Source: Paraspadella gotoi
Lineage: Eukaryota > Animalia > Chaetognatha
Direction of reading: 5' to 3'
Length of the DNA: 64,000 bases
Assembly: GCA_051294375.1 (NCBI GenBank)
Contig: CM119268.1
Coordinates: 1,167,218 to 1,231,217 of the forward strand
Positions 1-13,036 of the stretch are shown here, one piece after another (position 1 is the first letter of the stretch; every line of letters begins with the position of its first letter). The translations under genes and the position numbers were made by a program. Under the pieces are notes generated by a model. That model worked only from the letters and a program-made list of their open reading frames with translations, searched no databases and was not told the DNA's origin.

Positions 1-1180
1 GTATAAGAGACCTGAGTAAATAGTCTCTTCTCTGGAGCCACCAATCACCTAAACAAAGAAAAGCTTGTATAGAGAGCCTCGAGGTAAAAGCTCTTTCCTG
101 GGCCCCACCAATCGCTACAGAAAAAGCTTGTTAGAAGACCTCCAGGTTTAAATAGCTCTTCTCTCGGACCCACCAATCACCCTAAACAAAAAAGCTTGTA
201 TAGATGAGACTCGAGGTTAAATAGCCTCTTCTCTGGACCCACCCAATCACCTAAACATAAAAAGCTGATAAGAGACCCGAGGTTAAATAGCTCTTCTCCG
301 GACCACCAATCGCCTAAACAGAATAAACTTGGTATAGAGAGACCCAGGGGTTAAATAGTCTCTCCGACCACAATCGCCTCTAAACGAGAAAAAGCTTGTA
401 TAGAGAGACCTCGAGCGTTAAATAGCTCTTCTCCCCGACACACACGCAACTATTCGAACACATTTCACTACACGCGGGTGCAAAGTAGAATTCCGGTAGA
501 AGAATAATCCTTCTCCCAGATGAAAACTGCTATATCAAAATGCTTACAGCGACAAGCAAGCCTATGCAATGAGATGCAGAGACATGGGACGATTTTAAAA
601 CCATTTCCAGAAATCCATAGAATAAACTTCAATAAAAATAAATCGTATAAATCTACTCATCGCTCAGGATTTCGTATCTTCAATAAATGGCGTAGTTAAA
701 AAAAAAATTACATTATACATTCGATCTTTTGTTAGGACGATTAAGAATTTATTATGAAAAAAAAACATAAGAATTCACTCAAAGACAACAAACCTTGCGA
801 ATCGAAAGATTATATAATCAGCGTACTAAAACGATCTGACTATCCCAGTCAGTGTAATTGTATATGAATCAGAAACTTGAATATTTTCTTAACCGTATGT
901 ATCCTTTTCCCTTTTTTTAAATTAACAAAACGATTAAGAAAATATATCATATGCCAGGTGCATCGCTAAAAATATGACGACTCAGATTACATTTGTTGTT
1001 ATTTTATTTAGTAGAGATTTATTGCTACGAGTTTGTTTTTTTTTTTTTTTTTTTTTACTTTTCGTTTTTATGGATCTTTCGAAAAAAACTACACAAAACA
1101 TAAACAAAATGACCAAATAAAAAAAACGTTATTGGACCTTAATCGACGAGAAAAACTCGAAGCAAAAATTCCTCTCTTTT
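1..1180 (+). other. Error-rich second copy of ~3846-5040 (NCS intron repeat, last exon and 3' UTR); probable gap-fill artefact
   Basis: Collinear with 3846-5040 but with many 1-bp indels; ends at a 25-N gap (1181-1205). Confidence 0.8.
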
Positions 1181-1205
1181 NNNNNNNNNNNNNNNNNNNN
1201 NNNNN

Positions 1206-1240
<35 letters not shown>

Positions 1241-1244
1241 GCAG

Positions 1245-4200
1245 GTAAAATCGACTTCAAAGAGTTCTTGCAAGCGATCAACATAACTTCCAACGGAAAG
1301 CCAGAACAGAAATTGTCGTGGGCTTTCAAGATGTACGACATTGACGGGAACGGAACGATAGACAAGCAGGAAATGCTCAGGATTATACAGGTGAGAAGCG
1401 GACATGAGGTTGTGGAAAGGGTGCGCTAGACAAGCAGTCTGATAGACAAGCAGGAAATGCTCAGGATTATACAGGTGAGAAGCGGACATGAGGCTGTGGA
1501 AAGGGTCCGCTAGACAAGCAGTCTGATAGACAAGCAGGAAATGCTCAGGATTATACAGGTGAGAAGCGGACATGAGGCTGTGGAAAGGGTCTGCAAGACA
1601 AGCAGTCCGATAGACAAGCAGGAAATGCTCAGGATTATACAGGTGAGAAGCGGACATGAGGCCGTGAAAAGGGTCCGTTTTTAGGTAGAGGAGCTCGGGT
1701 GTCTTGGTTACATCCCTTTATACACAATACAGTAATACATAATACAGTTATAACTTTTTTTCTGGCGTATGAAATGAAATTGGCACGAAAGATATGAAAA
1801 CTATCCATTCATTCAATATATAGGTTCTCTTTCCTGACTTTAGACAAGATAACATAGCAGAACCCTGCAAGTTTTCAATCACGACTCTTTCCCATTCTGG
1901 TTTATTACCTCATTATGCTATTCTATGGTATAATTTTATATAAAGAAATATTTCAGTTGTATAAAAGAATCGCATTCTTAATATCTTTGACAATAATTTT
2001 AATGTAATCTGTAGACATTATGTTAAGTTTCTCTCTTTTCGTTGCGTTTCGGAATTTAGGAAAAACAGTTTTTAGTGACAAACAACGATTTTTATTTGAA
2101 AGAATAAAAAAAAAAAACGCTGATGACGACTCGCAAAACAAAAGTAGAAACATGTCCGACTATTCTGTCAAATAAAAATCGTTGTTTGTCACCAAAAACT
2201 GTTTTTACTAAATGTAATCTGTCAATTAATCAATCAATCAATCAATCAACATGACGGTGAACAGAAGAATCAAGATCCCTCGTCCCAGTCAAAGCGAAAG
2301 AGGTCACGGCGCCAAAGTCGATTGGGCCGATGAATGTTTGATGGGATCCGGAAATTGCTTTTTCTATTTTCCTCTTCCCATCTTTTCAATTTCTGCTTCC
2401 CATCTTTGCAATTTTCACTTCCCATCTTTGCGATTTCCCCTTCCCATCTTTTTGATTTCCACTTCCCATCTTTTCAATTTCTGCTTCCCATCTTTGCAAT
2501 TTTCGATCTCCATCTTTGCAATTTCTGATCCCATCTTTTTTATTTCCGCTTCCCATCATTTTGTTTTCCGCTTCCCGTCTTTTTGTATTACCCTTCCCAT
2601 CTTTTTGATATCCCCTTCCCATATTTTCGATTTCTACTGCCCAAGTGCCTATCTTTTCGATTTTCGCTTTCCGATTTCCGCTTTCCATCTTCGCCATTTC
2701 CGCTTTCCATCTTCGCCATTTCCGCTTCCTATCTTCGCCATTTCCGCTTCCTATCTCGTTACGCAATCGATTCCGAGTCATTTAATTTCTCCAGCCGTTT
2801 TTTCAATTTAACACGATTACTCACCGATCTCCCGTTGAGTTCCTCTCCATCTCTAACCTTTGAAAACAGAGAGAGAGAGGAATCCTCAATCTCGTCAGTT
2901 TGAAACTTTAACGCGGCCGAACTCATATTTGGCTTTTTGGCATTTTATTTTGGTTGCGCGGCGAGTACTCGCTGAGTAAATCAATGAGTCAATTTTCAGT
3001 CTGTCGGTCGGTCGGCATGTCTGTAAATGTAAATGTCAATGAAAATGTAAAAGTAAATAGACGTGAAATGAAAGTTGCTGCGGCGCAACACGTTGGTTGG
3101 ACCATCTTGTTTTTGGATATCAAAAAAACATTGGTCACAACCTTGATGGGTTAATCCTCATTCAAATCGATCGAATAACTTCTGGACTCGGAGGGGGTTT
3201 TTTTTTTTTAATTTACCTCGGAATTAGTGTAGATCTATTAAAATTAAAATAAACTGGCGATGAAGGTAGTATGCAGTCTGCAGGGTGTGCTAAAAAATCT
3301 AGCTAAAAGTTAAGCACCAAGGATGCTTGATCAATTCGAAATGGCGAGTAATGAAAACCTAAATTTAAGCTTCCGACCGTTGAGAGGTTTAAGACCATAG
3401 GACACATCCCCGCTTTACCGCCCCCCCAGACCCTCACAACTCACCCGCCCGAGCTTTAATCAGCGTTACCTCCCTCCCCATGCCCCTACCCCCATCTTTA
3501 CAGGCTATTTACGACATGGTCGGTCAGCCCGCGGAAGGAACGGACACGCCGGAAATCCGGACGGAAAAAATCTTCCACGCGATGGACGAAAATGGAGACG
3601 GTGTCCTCACGCGAGAGGAGTTCGTCAAGGGGTGCATGCAGGTTATATTTTTAAACGTGGCTGGGGGGGGGAAGAGATGGCTTGTGGGGGGGCTTAAATA
3701 GCTTGTATAGAGAGACCTCCAAGTTAATCTCCCGCTCTTCTCCGGACCCACCAATCGCCTTACACTGAGAAAGCTTGTATAGAGAGACTCGAGGTTAAAT
3801 AGCTCTTCTCTGGAGCCACCAATCACCTAAACAGAAAAAAGCTTGTATAGAGAGACCTGAGGTTAAATAGTCTTCTCCGGACCCACCAATCACCTAAACA
3901 GAAAAGCTTGTATAGAGAGACCTCGAGGTTAAATAGCTCTTCTCCGGCCCACCAATCGCCTAAACAGAAAAAGCTTGTATAGAGAGACCTCGAGGTTAAA
4001 TAGCTCTTCTCCGGACCCACCAATCACCTAAACGAAAAAAGCTTGTATAGAGAGACCTCGAGGTTAAATAGCTCTTCTCTGGACCCACCAATCGCCTAAA
4101 CAGAAAAAGCTTGTATAGAGAGACCTTGAGGTTAAATAGCTCTTCTCCAGACCCACCAATCACCTAAACAGAAAAACTTGTATAGAGAGACCTCGAGGTT

Positions 4201-4452
4201 AAATAGCTCTTCTCCGGACCACAATCGCCTAAACGAAAAAGCTTGTATAGAGAGACCTCGAGGTTAAATAGCTCTTCTCCGGACACACCAATCGCTAACT
4301 ATCGAACACATTTCACACACGCGGGTGCAAAGTAGAATTCCGTTAGAATTGATAGTAATCTCTTTCTCTTCCAGGATGAACTGCTATATCAAATGCTTAC
4401 AGCGGACAGCAGAGCGCTATGCAATGGAGATGCAGATGACATGGACGATTAA
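1245..4452 (+). CDS. Neuronal calcium sensor (recoverin/NCS family EF-hand protein), last three coding exons; 5' exons not visible
   Basis: Exons 1245-1390 ([48 protein letters not shown]), 3504-3641 (AIYDMVG...[26 protein letters not shown]) and 4375-4452 (DELLYQML...DD*). All have AG/GT boundaries and are in phase; WAFxMYDxDGNG is the typical NCS EF3. Confidence 0.93.
1357..1677 (+). repeat. 84-bp minisatellite (~4 copies) containing the NCS exon end and 5' splice site
   Basis: GATTATACAG|GTGAGA recurs at 1381, 1465, 1549 and 1633 (period 84). Confidence 0.95.
2013..2210 (+). mobile_element. Small inverted-repeat element with a minimal hammerhead-like core (Penelope-like remnant)
   Basis: 52-bp inverted repeat (2055-2106 / 2161-2212, 3 mismatches) encloses CTGATGA (2120-2126)...GAAACATGTC (2147-2156). 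A 12-bp direct repeat AATGTAATCTGT lies at 2001 and 2211. Confidence 0.6.
2367..2755. repeat. Degenerate ~22-bp pyrimidine-rich minisatellite
   Basis: Recurrent TTCCCATCTTT(G/T)CAATTTC-like units; these produce the low-complexity ORFs at 2251-2903. Confidence 0.85.
2948..3114 (+). mobile_element. Short Helentron-associated (HINE/DINE-1-like) element
   Basis: T-run start, GTTGCGCGGC...GCGAGTACTCGC hairpin, (GTCG)n tract, inverted subterminal GCGGCGCAAC at 3080 and T-run end. Related to 16301, 19120 and 56147. Confidence 0.55.
3701..4295. repeat. ~67-bp minisatellite (~9 copies) in the last NCS intron
   Basis: Unit GCTTGTATAGAGAGACCTCGAGGTTAAATAGCTCTTCTCCGGACCCACCAATCACCTAAACAGAAAAA. Confidence 0.95.
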
Positions 4453-5142
4453 AACCATTTCCCAGAATCCATAGAATAAATCCAATAAATCTAATAAATC
4501 TATAAATCTACTCATCGCCAGGATTTCGATCTCAATAAATGCGTAGTTAAAAAAAAAAAAAATTACATTATACATTCCGATCTTTTTGTTAGCGACATGA
4601 AGTATTTATATGAAAAAAAAAAACATAAGAATTTCACTCAAAGTACAACAAACCTGGAAATCGAAAGTATATATAATAGCTACTAAAAACGATCTGACTA
4701 TCCCAGTCAGTGTAATTGTTATGATGAATCAGAAACTTGAATATTTTCTTAAACGTATGTATCCTTTTACCCTTTTTTAAATTAACAAACGATAAGAAGA
4801 ATATTATCATTATGCCAGTGGCATCGCTAAAACTAGTTATCTGATTCGATTTCATTTTGTTGTTATTTTATTTAGTAAGAGATTTATTGCCTACGAGGTT
4901 TGTTTTTTTTTTTTTTACTTTTCGTTTTTATGGACCTTTCTTGAAAAAAAACATAAACAAAAACATAAACAAAACATGCCAAATAAAAAAAAAGTTATTG
5001 GACCTTTAAATGTCGACGAGAAAAACTCGAAGCAAAAATGAGAAGTAGTTTGGTCCCCATCACATCATTCTGTTTTTTTTTCTTTGACTTGCGTACGTCT
5101 TTTTATAAAATTAATTACCGCATTTTTTCTTAAACGTCTGTC

Positions 5143-5201
<59 letters not shown>

Positions 5202-8200
5202 ACACGGCGTTTCTCAACAAACGCGGTAATTCAACGATGAGAATATAAATACAGGGTAGTTCGTAATATTTGAAGATTTCTTGGGATTTCTACGGGGTGA
5301 TTGTGGAACTGTGACAATCTCGGAAATGGGCTAACTGCAAAATTACCGAAAAAAAAAAGCACCGAGGGCCTAAAGAAAAAAAGTGTAGACTCTGTACAAT
5401 TCTGAACATTGTGCTAATAAAAAATCCAAACCCGTCCAATCATACATCTACATATTCAGTGCTTCCAAACTTTGCTGAAATAAAAAAAAATAAAAAAGTT
5501 TCAATTATAATTAAAAAGATAAAATTCGGTTCCGATTTAATTCTCTTTAGTCTTTACCCGATTTGAAAAACCACAAAAATTATAATAACCGATTTTTTTT
5601 TTAATTTCTCGACGTTTATTATTCGTAGCTCTTTAGTCCATTCCCTTCACTTTTCAATGTTTACACAACTTGGGTCACTCTCTCTCTCTCAAAAAAATAC
5701 AACTCTTTCGACGGAAGAATGAATTGAATAATTTTATTTTTCCGGTTTTCACTCCGATTAACATTCCCATTAACGTTCCCATTAACATTACCATTAACGT
5801 CCTTTCTCCCTAATCCACCGAAAACGAAACTTAAATGTTGTCATCAGTAACCGCATGTCGACACACCAACCTTAATTCTATTCGATGATTATTTCCATAT
5901 TTTCGTCGTCTAAGTTATAAAAAAAAAACAAGTTAGAATTTTATAACTATCGCTCAATTCGATCTTCGTTGTCCAATCGCATGAAATAAAATTAATAAAT
6001 ACATCGAAAAAAAAAGGTCCAAAAAATATATACGAATTAGTTAATTTCGTTGTCCGTTATAGTATTTTTTCTTACATTTTTTGTTGTGCGGTTTATTTCT
6101 TTTTCGTAAAAAAAAATTATAATTTGTAATATGCTAACATCGCATATATCGCAACAAAAAATAAAGAAATTTTGTCGTAAAAAATATCGTTCGAAGCATG
6201 AGACAAAAATAGCATCATTCTCTCTCTTAAAAAGCACGTTTAAAAAAATATTAGCGAAAAAAGAAAAAAGCATTTTTGATAAATTATAATTCTTAATCTA
6301 CTTTCCGTATTTTTCTTTTTTCATTTTATTTCAAAGTCAAATTCTTAAATTTTATTTTAATGTTAATAGAAAAAAACAAACTTTTACCCTCGAAAACCTT
6401 TTCACCGAATTATTGATTTAAAAAATAATTGAATCCTGATTGAAATCGTCTCCATCTTTTGACATCAAAACCCACGATTTCGCCCCGTTATTCGCTGTGA
6501 CATTCTCTCACTGTGACATTCTCTCACAAAAACTTGAAAAAAACAAACACAAAAACAAAAAACAATAGAATCCCGTTCTCGATCTAATTTGAGAAAGTCT
6601 CATTAAAAAAAAAGGAAAATCCAAAGGATCGTTGTTCATTTATCCTTAAACTTTAAAAGTTTGCAAAGGTTGGCCAAAAAAAAAAGAAGAAAAAGATTTC
6701 GACATTTAAAATTTCTCGCTCTTTTGCGCGTTTTTTTTTACAAATTCATTTAACGGACTTTTTCCTCTTAGATTCTGTAACGGGAGTAGAAATTCGCACT
6801 AGAGACACCAAAATCACAATCGCACATTTACGCTTCTACACGCGATTTCGATGCGACGCGTGACCCAAGCGTCACCGTCCCATCGAAAAGTCGCGCACTT
6901 ACGTTTACTTTTTGGATCCGCGATGGTATAGCCGTTTCTTTACGAACATGTGACGCCCTTTTTAATTATTAATCTCTTTCTTATCAACCTCTTTTCCCCC
7001 CCTTTCTAAAAATAGATTTTAGAATAATTTTTACTGTTTCCCTCCGGTTCTCATCTGAATAAAAAAAAATCCCCAGTTCCCCTTCCTCCCTCTCCCGAGA
7101 TAAAAAAAACAAAAAAAAAAAAACAAAAAAACAAAAGCAATTTCCTCGTCTTGTCCGTCTGTGGCGCTGGCGTCGCCGAGAAATAAAAACAAAAGCGCAA
7201 AGGTTTTCTTTCCTTCTTCCTTGTGACTCTTGCTATTTTGTTTTCTAAATCGAGAAAACGTCGATTCCCCGCAAATTTGTGACGATTCAAAAGGTAATAG
7301 TATTCATGATTAAAAAAATAATAATTTCGATGAACGGAAGAAAGAAATAAAAGAGATAGAGAGAAATAAAATTTAGTACGCCTTTTCATCGTCGCATCTA
7401 TTTTGCATGTTCAGGAAAAAAAAATTTTTCCTCTTTTTTTTTCTCCCCAAAGGATGATTTGCATTTAGAAGAAAACAAAAGACGTTTGATATTTTTTTTT
7501 CAATCTTTTCGCTATTTTTTTGCATGCGGTTAAAAAAAAATTATTTATCCTCGATAATTGTAAGTCTTATAACGACTGCTCCCTTTACTTATCTTAAAAA
7601 ATGTTAAAAAGATGTGTATAAAAATTAAAAAAAAAAAGCAAACAAAAAATCATAAGAAAAGTCGCGCAGTTGCACATAACAAAAATAAATTACCTGCCCA
7701 TATTTCGGGTAGAAAGTGGTTTTTGCCATTCTCTACTTTTTTTATGCAATCTTATTCGTCCGTTTTAAAAAAAAATTAATATCCTTACTCTCAGAATCGT
7801 GATGAATGGAAATCTGAATAAAGTATTAGTTACGTGCTATTTACAGTAACAGCAACCAAAACAGACCTATATTGTAATAGCCGCTATTTTATATCTCAGC
7901 AAATATTCTGTGTATTTTCCTCCCGGCGCATTTTTTTTTCTTTCGAAAACTAAAGTTAAAAAAATATTTTTAAATCTGTACCCGCTGATTTCCTTTCATT
8001 TCTATATTTCACGTTTTCCGCCACTCTTACATTTTCAATAGCGTACATGGCCTATTTTTATTTTTTTTACATTTTCTTTATCCCGGTTAGATACGTAAAA
8101 AAAGACTGAAAACCAAAAAAATGTAAATTTTCCCTGTAAAATTGTATCCAGACGTGTAAGGTGCAATAGATAAAATAAATGTGGACAATAAAAAAAAATG

Positions 8201-8603
8201 GATTAATACTTCAAGATCTCTCATCAAGGCAGATGTTGTATTGAAAGTTCTTAGATGCTAGCTACAGAAAAAGTCTTAGAAATTGAACACACTACGAAAA
8301 TAGTTAATTTTTGTCATTCATCATTTTATAATTCAAAGCGGCGTGTGGGAGTGATTCGTTTCTTGCCTTAACTTAATTCATCATTTTAATTCATTAACTT
8401 AATTAAAGTAAACATCGAAGTTTGTATTCGGGTTTTTTTTTCAAGATTTTAAAAGCAAATGCAGAACGGTTGGAAAAACTGAGACAGAGTAGTAATTAAA
8501 AGAAAGAGAGAGTGAATTAAAAAAAAGGGCAATTATATGAGATGAGAGTGAGGAGAGAGAGAGAGAGAGAGAGAGAGACGCAGGGTAAAGAAAGAATTGA
8601 AAC

Positions 8604-11600
8604 TCAAGCGCCCCCAGCTTCCACCTCCTCAGTCTCGCTCTTTTTGACGCCGTTCACGCTTCCGGCGACGCCGCGCGAAGCCAACGACGCCCGCGAGGCG
8701 GCGCCGGTGACGGCACTGGTCACTGCGCCGCCAGCGCCACCGCCACCGCTCGAGGCGCCGCCGCCGATCTGCCTCGAGGTGGGCGTGTCTCGGCGTCTCT
8801 CTCGATTCTTTTTGAGAATCTCGTTGACGCAATATTCCGACTCCTGGCCGCAGTCGGTCAGTCGAAGATCCATGTTTTTGATCGTCTGGTTTTCCGCCAT
8901 GCCTTCTTGGAGCTGCTTCCCGCCGTCCTGGCGTAGTGGAAAAAATAATTGGAAAAAAAAGGAAAATATGTAGTCCGGCATTGCCTTTAAGTTTACCCTT
9001 CCTCTAAGTATGCCACCTTCAGTCGTGACTCGGTGGCTCATTGAGTAATACCATCAGCTCTTGACCAAGGATCGATTCCCCAATTGTTTTTTTTTCCAGT
9101 TTGAAATATTAGTATCATCAAAATAAAAGGAATCCGCCCCGGTTGTACTCTCAAAAAAAAATACATATTTCTCAACTCGTAGTACATATTTAAAAAAAAA
9201 TTTTATACTTATTAATCAAAACTATCAATTAATTGCGTAATTCTTTCAAAACATCTTCGACGCTAGCTCGAGTCAATATAATATATATATATATACATAC
9301 AATCGGCTCATCGGCCCCCGCCCACGCTCGCGCATGCGCTCACCGGTCCGAGTTTGTTGCAGCTAAGGTTGATGGACTCGAGCGATGAATTATGGATGAC
9401 GACGTTCGCCAAAACCGAAGCCACTGGTTCCGTCATGTCGTTGCAACTGTACGAAGGGGATAAATTATTTTAATTAATATTATTAAATTAAATTGGTACA
9501 ACCTATATAACAATTATCCATCCATTTTATAAATAAGCTATCTTGCCCCTGACTTAGGACAGGCTTTGGCGGTTTGAGGCCTCCGAAAACAAAAACAGAA
9601 AACAGAAACAGAAAACAGAAAATCTTTTGAAAATTCCACTAGCTGTTATTATCGATCATGAATTCGTCGTTAAAAGACCCCAAGTTTTCTTCCTTATGCG
9701 AAATTTATTTTTACAAAATTCGAGAATTTATTTCGCTTGAAATGTTCTACAGCATTTAAAGTATGCAGTTGAAGATTAACCCACATAATGTTAGCTCGTT
9801 CTCGCAGCACACTGTGAGAAATTAAGAGATTGGAGTCATTTAATTATTTATTTATTTATTAGAAAAACTAATACTATTTATTTACCGCTCTCACCTCAAA
9901 TTTAAAAACTTTGAGAGTGGAATTTTTGAGCAAAGAACCGCAGATGGCGCTGCCTCCTTCGTCTCCAAACAATTGAGTCGCAGATTGAGATCCTCTAAAC
10001 GTCGAGTTCTTCGTCACGCGTGGAGCGAGAGCGCGGGCGCCGTCCAGGCCGATCTGCCGAGGGGGGGGGGTTTGTTTACGTTCGTAGTAGTGACATCTGG
10101 ATTATGTATTCAAGAACATCATAAAAGGTAATATTTGTGCGGTATATTCACACGGCCCACGTCCATCATCGTTCAGCCATTTGCTCAGAGGGGGAACGCA
10201 CCATCCAGGCGTTGGTTCCTCACAGTCCAACGACTTCCCTCTGCGTTGGCAAAGCGAGTCCGTCCTCGGGTAACGACGCCAGTAACAGGAGGCGTCACCG
10301 AGGGTCGGAGCCCCCAAGGCCAACAGTGAGATGCCCCATCCCAATGGGCATCACAAGCATAATATATATATAATATATAATATATAATTTGGCGTTCATC
10401 AAATTTTATATATCCAAAATCGATGGCAAACGATATAAAAAAAAGACTGACCGACCAGATTAAATGAAACCTTTTTCTCCTCTTCCTCTTCCTCCTTCAT
10501 CCACCTGATTGTTGCAGAGGTCGATCTTCCGCAGCCTCGTCCGCCCGTTTGAGCAACTTCCCCAACGCCCGCGCCGATCGGTCGCCCAACACGTTGTGGC
10601 CGACGTCGAGAGCCTCGAGCGAGGGGTGCTCGACGAGGTTGGAGACCAGGAAGCGAAGTCGGTCGTCGTCCACTTTGCTGCGGTGGACGCTGAGAGCTGG
10701 AGGAGTTTGTGAAAGTGGGAAAGTGAGAATATCAAGAGAATATCAAGATTAAGAAGAGAATAAAAAAAAAACAAAAGAGACAAAGAAAAGAAAATATCTG
10801 ATTTGAATCTTTAGCACGAAAATGGCAATATTTTAAGTTTTTAGATTTTAAAAAAATTAATAAATATCATGTTATTCTTTTTTATTTATATTTTCTGTCG
10901 CTATTAATGTATCTCTCTTTTTGGCTTTATAAATCTGAAAAAATATCTTTGTTTTTTGTACAACACAAAGTTAAAATTCTTTTTGATCGAATTTTCTTAA
11001 ATTGCTGCCACATAGAAAGACATTAATGAGAATATCAAATTACCTAAAAAAGCTAAACAGAAAGGGGTGAAGAAGAATTTTTAGGGGTAAGGTAGTATCA
11101 GTATGTTATTAAGTTTATTATATGAATATACTGACTAAATGTAGCAAGTGACAAATTTCGACATGAATATGTACTTCTTATTCTCTCATGCTATCCTCCC
11201 CCCACAAACTGCTCACATTTGATGGTGGAGCAAGAGGCCACGCATTTGCTGAGCAGCATGCAATCTTGCAGCGAAAAGTTGAACAGATTCCAGTCGAAGT
11301 TCATTCCGCAGTTTTTGACACCGTAGTTCACACGAAGTTCTTCCAAATATGGTAATTCCTGGGAAGAATGAAAAAAAACACGGTTTTTGGAGAAGAATCG
11401 GGTGGTGGAGCAGCTGAAGCATATTCAATCAAATTCATCACGTTTACCTTTTAAAAACTTTGAAAAAACAAATATGAAAAATGACTTATTAGTTAACATA
11501 AGTTAGGTTTTAAATGAATTTTTTTTTAATAACAATTAACAAACTGACTTTTATCACAAAAAAAATTATTTTGTCTATCAGATAACTTTACAATCATCAT

Positions 11601-11737
11601 TAAAAAAGAAACGTTTGAAATTTTGAAGAAAAAATGATTTTTTTTCTGCCGCCAGGTGGAACTAAAAGTGAAGGAAAAGAAAAAATAAAAAAGAGGGAGA
11701 TAGAGAAAAAGAAAAGGAAAGAAAAACAGAGTGAGAA

Positions 11738-11792
<55 letters not shown>

Positions 11793-12958
11793 GAGAGAGA
11801 GAGATGTTTCCTATTCCTAAACCTTTGTTTTAATTTTTAAGCTTAAATGCTAATCCTTAACCCGAATCCAGATCACAAATCTCACCTTAATCCCAAGTCT
11901 AATCCCTATCCTAATCCCAATCCTTATCCTAATCCCTATCCTAATCCCTATCTTAATCCTTATCCTAATCCCAATCCTAATCCCTATCCTAATCTTTATC
12001 CAAATCCTTATCCTAATCCTTAACCTATGACCTAATCTTTAATTCAAAAGAATTAACTTAATTCAGAATTTAAGATAAAATGGGGCATTCTGAGAAAAAA
12101 AGGCTCAACACCTCCAACCTTTCCCCCCCCCACCCCGACCTTAACGACGGGATTGAAGTCAAAGTGGTCGAGCGCCGGACCCTCTGCTTCGCCGGATTCG
12201 CTTCCGGTTTCGCTTCCGGCGTCAACTTCCGGCGGCGGCGGCGTCGCTTCCGGCTTGCGCTCCGGCGGAAGCATTTGGCCCACGTCGAGGCGTCTGTGGA
12301 TGATAAAATAATTATTATTAATCTATAAGGTAATCATAATAAAAATGATGACCATTACAAATGGTTAAAAAAAACATACTCCTATGGCTATAGAGAGACA
12401 TGCGTGATGGGCATGGTGTTAGGCATCGCCCGACAACTGGCGCTAAGGGCTTTGGACCTGCAGTGATCACGCCATGTCACTTGCGTGTTTATGCAGACAC
12501 CATCACACTTTAACCAGCGTGATCGTGAGGGTACTGAACCTGGAACTCACGGTTGGTGAACGAGAACTTAGCTGTCCAAGCCAACGGGACGAGGTGAGTT
12601 TCACCAAGTTATACGGGAAGCGAATTTATGATTCGCGCCTCTCAGTCCTTTTTTTTTGTTTTGGGGGGGGGTCGCCCTTGCCAACAATTTTAAGCTATTT
12701 TAAGTAAAATTCCAAATAAATGATAAATCCAAATAAATTATAAATCCAAATAAATCATAAATCCCGGGTCCCGGACACACGCACACAAACACACACACAC
12801 ACACACACTCACACAGACACACACACACACAAACAAAATAATGCCGGATACAGAAACAGATGCTCCGAGATTTCGGAAGGATTTTTTTGGCTCATCTTTG
12901 TTTTTCTTCTTTTTTGTTGCTCTTTTTTCTATTTTTGAGAGAGAGAGAGATGAGAGAG

Positions 12959-13036
<78 letters not shown>

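Noticed and set aside
3701-4295. Regular repeats resembling a CRISPR array
   Set aside because: No unique spacers and a eukaryotic intron context; it is a simple minisatellite
9895-10696. Frameshifts in TCTE1 exons 6-7 (and exon 1) suggesting pseudogenisation or programmed frameshifting
   Set aside because: Scattered 1-bp indels, mostly in short homopolymers, within otherwise conserved coding sequence; similar errors occur in the apolipophorin 3' exons, so consensus error is more likely
11850-12036. Interstitial telomere or chromosome fusion site
   Set aside because: Units are degenerate CCTAAT/CCCTAT rather than clean TTAGGG/TTAGG, with no head-to-head arrangement
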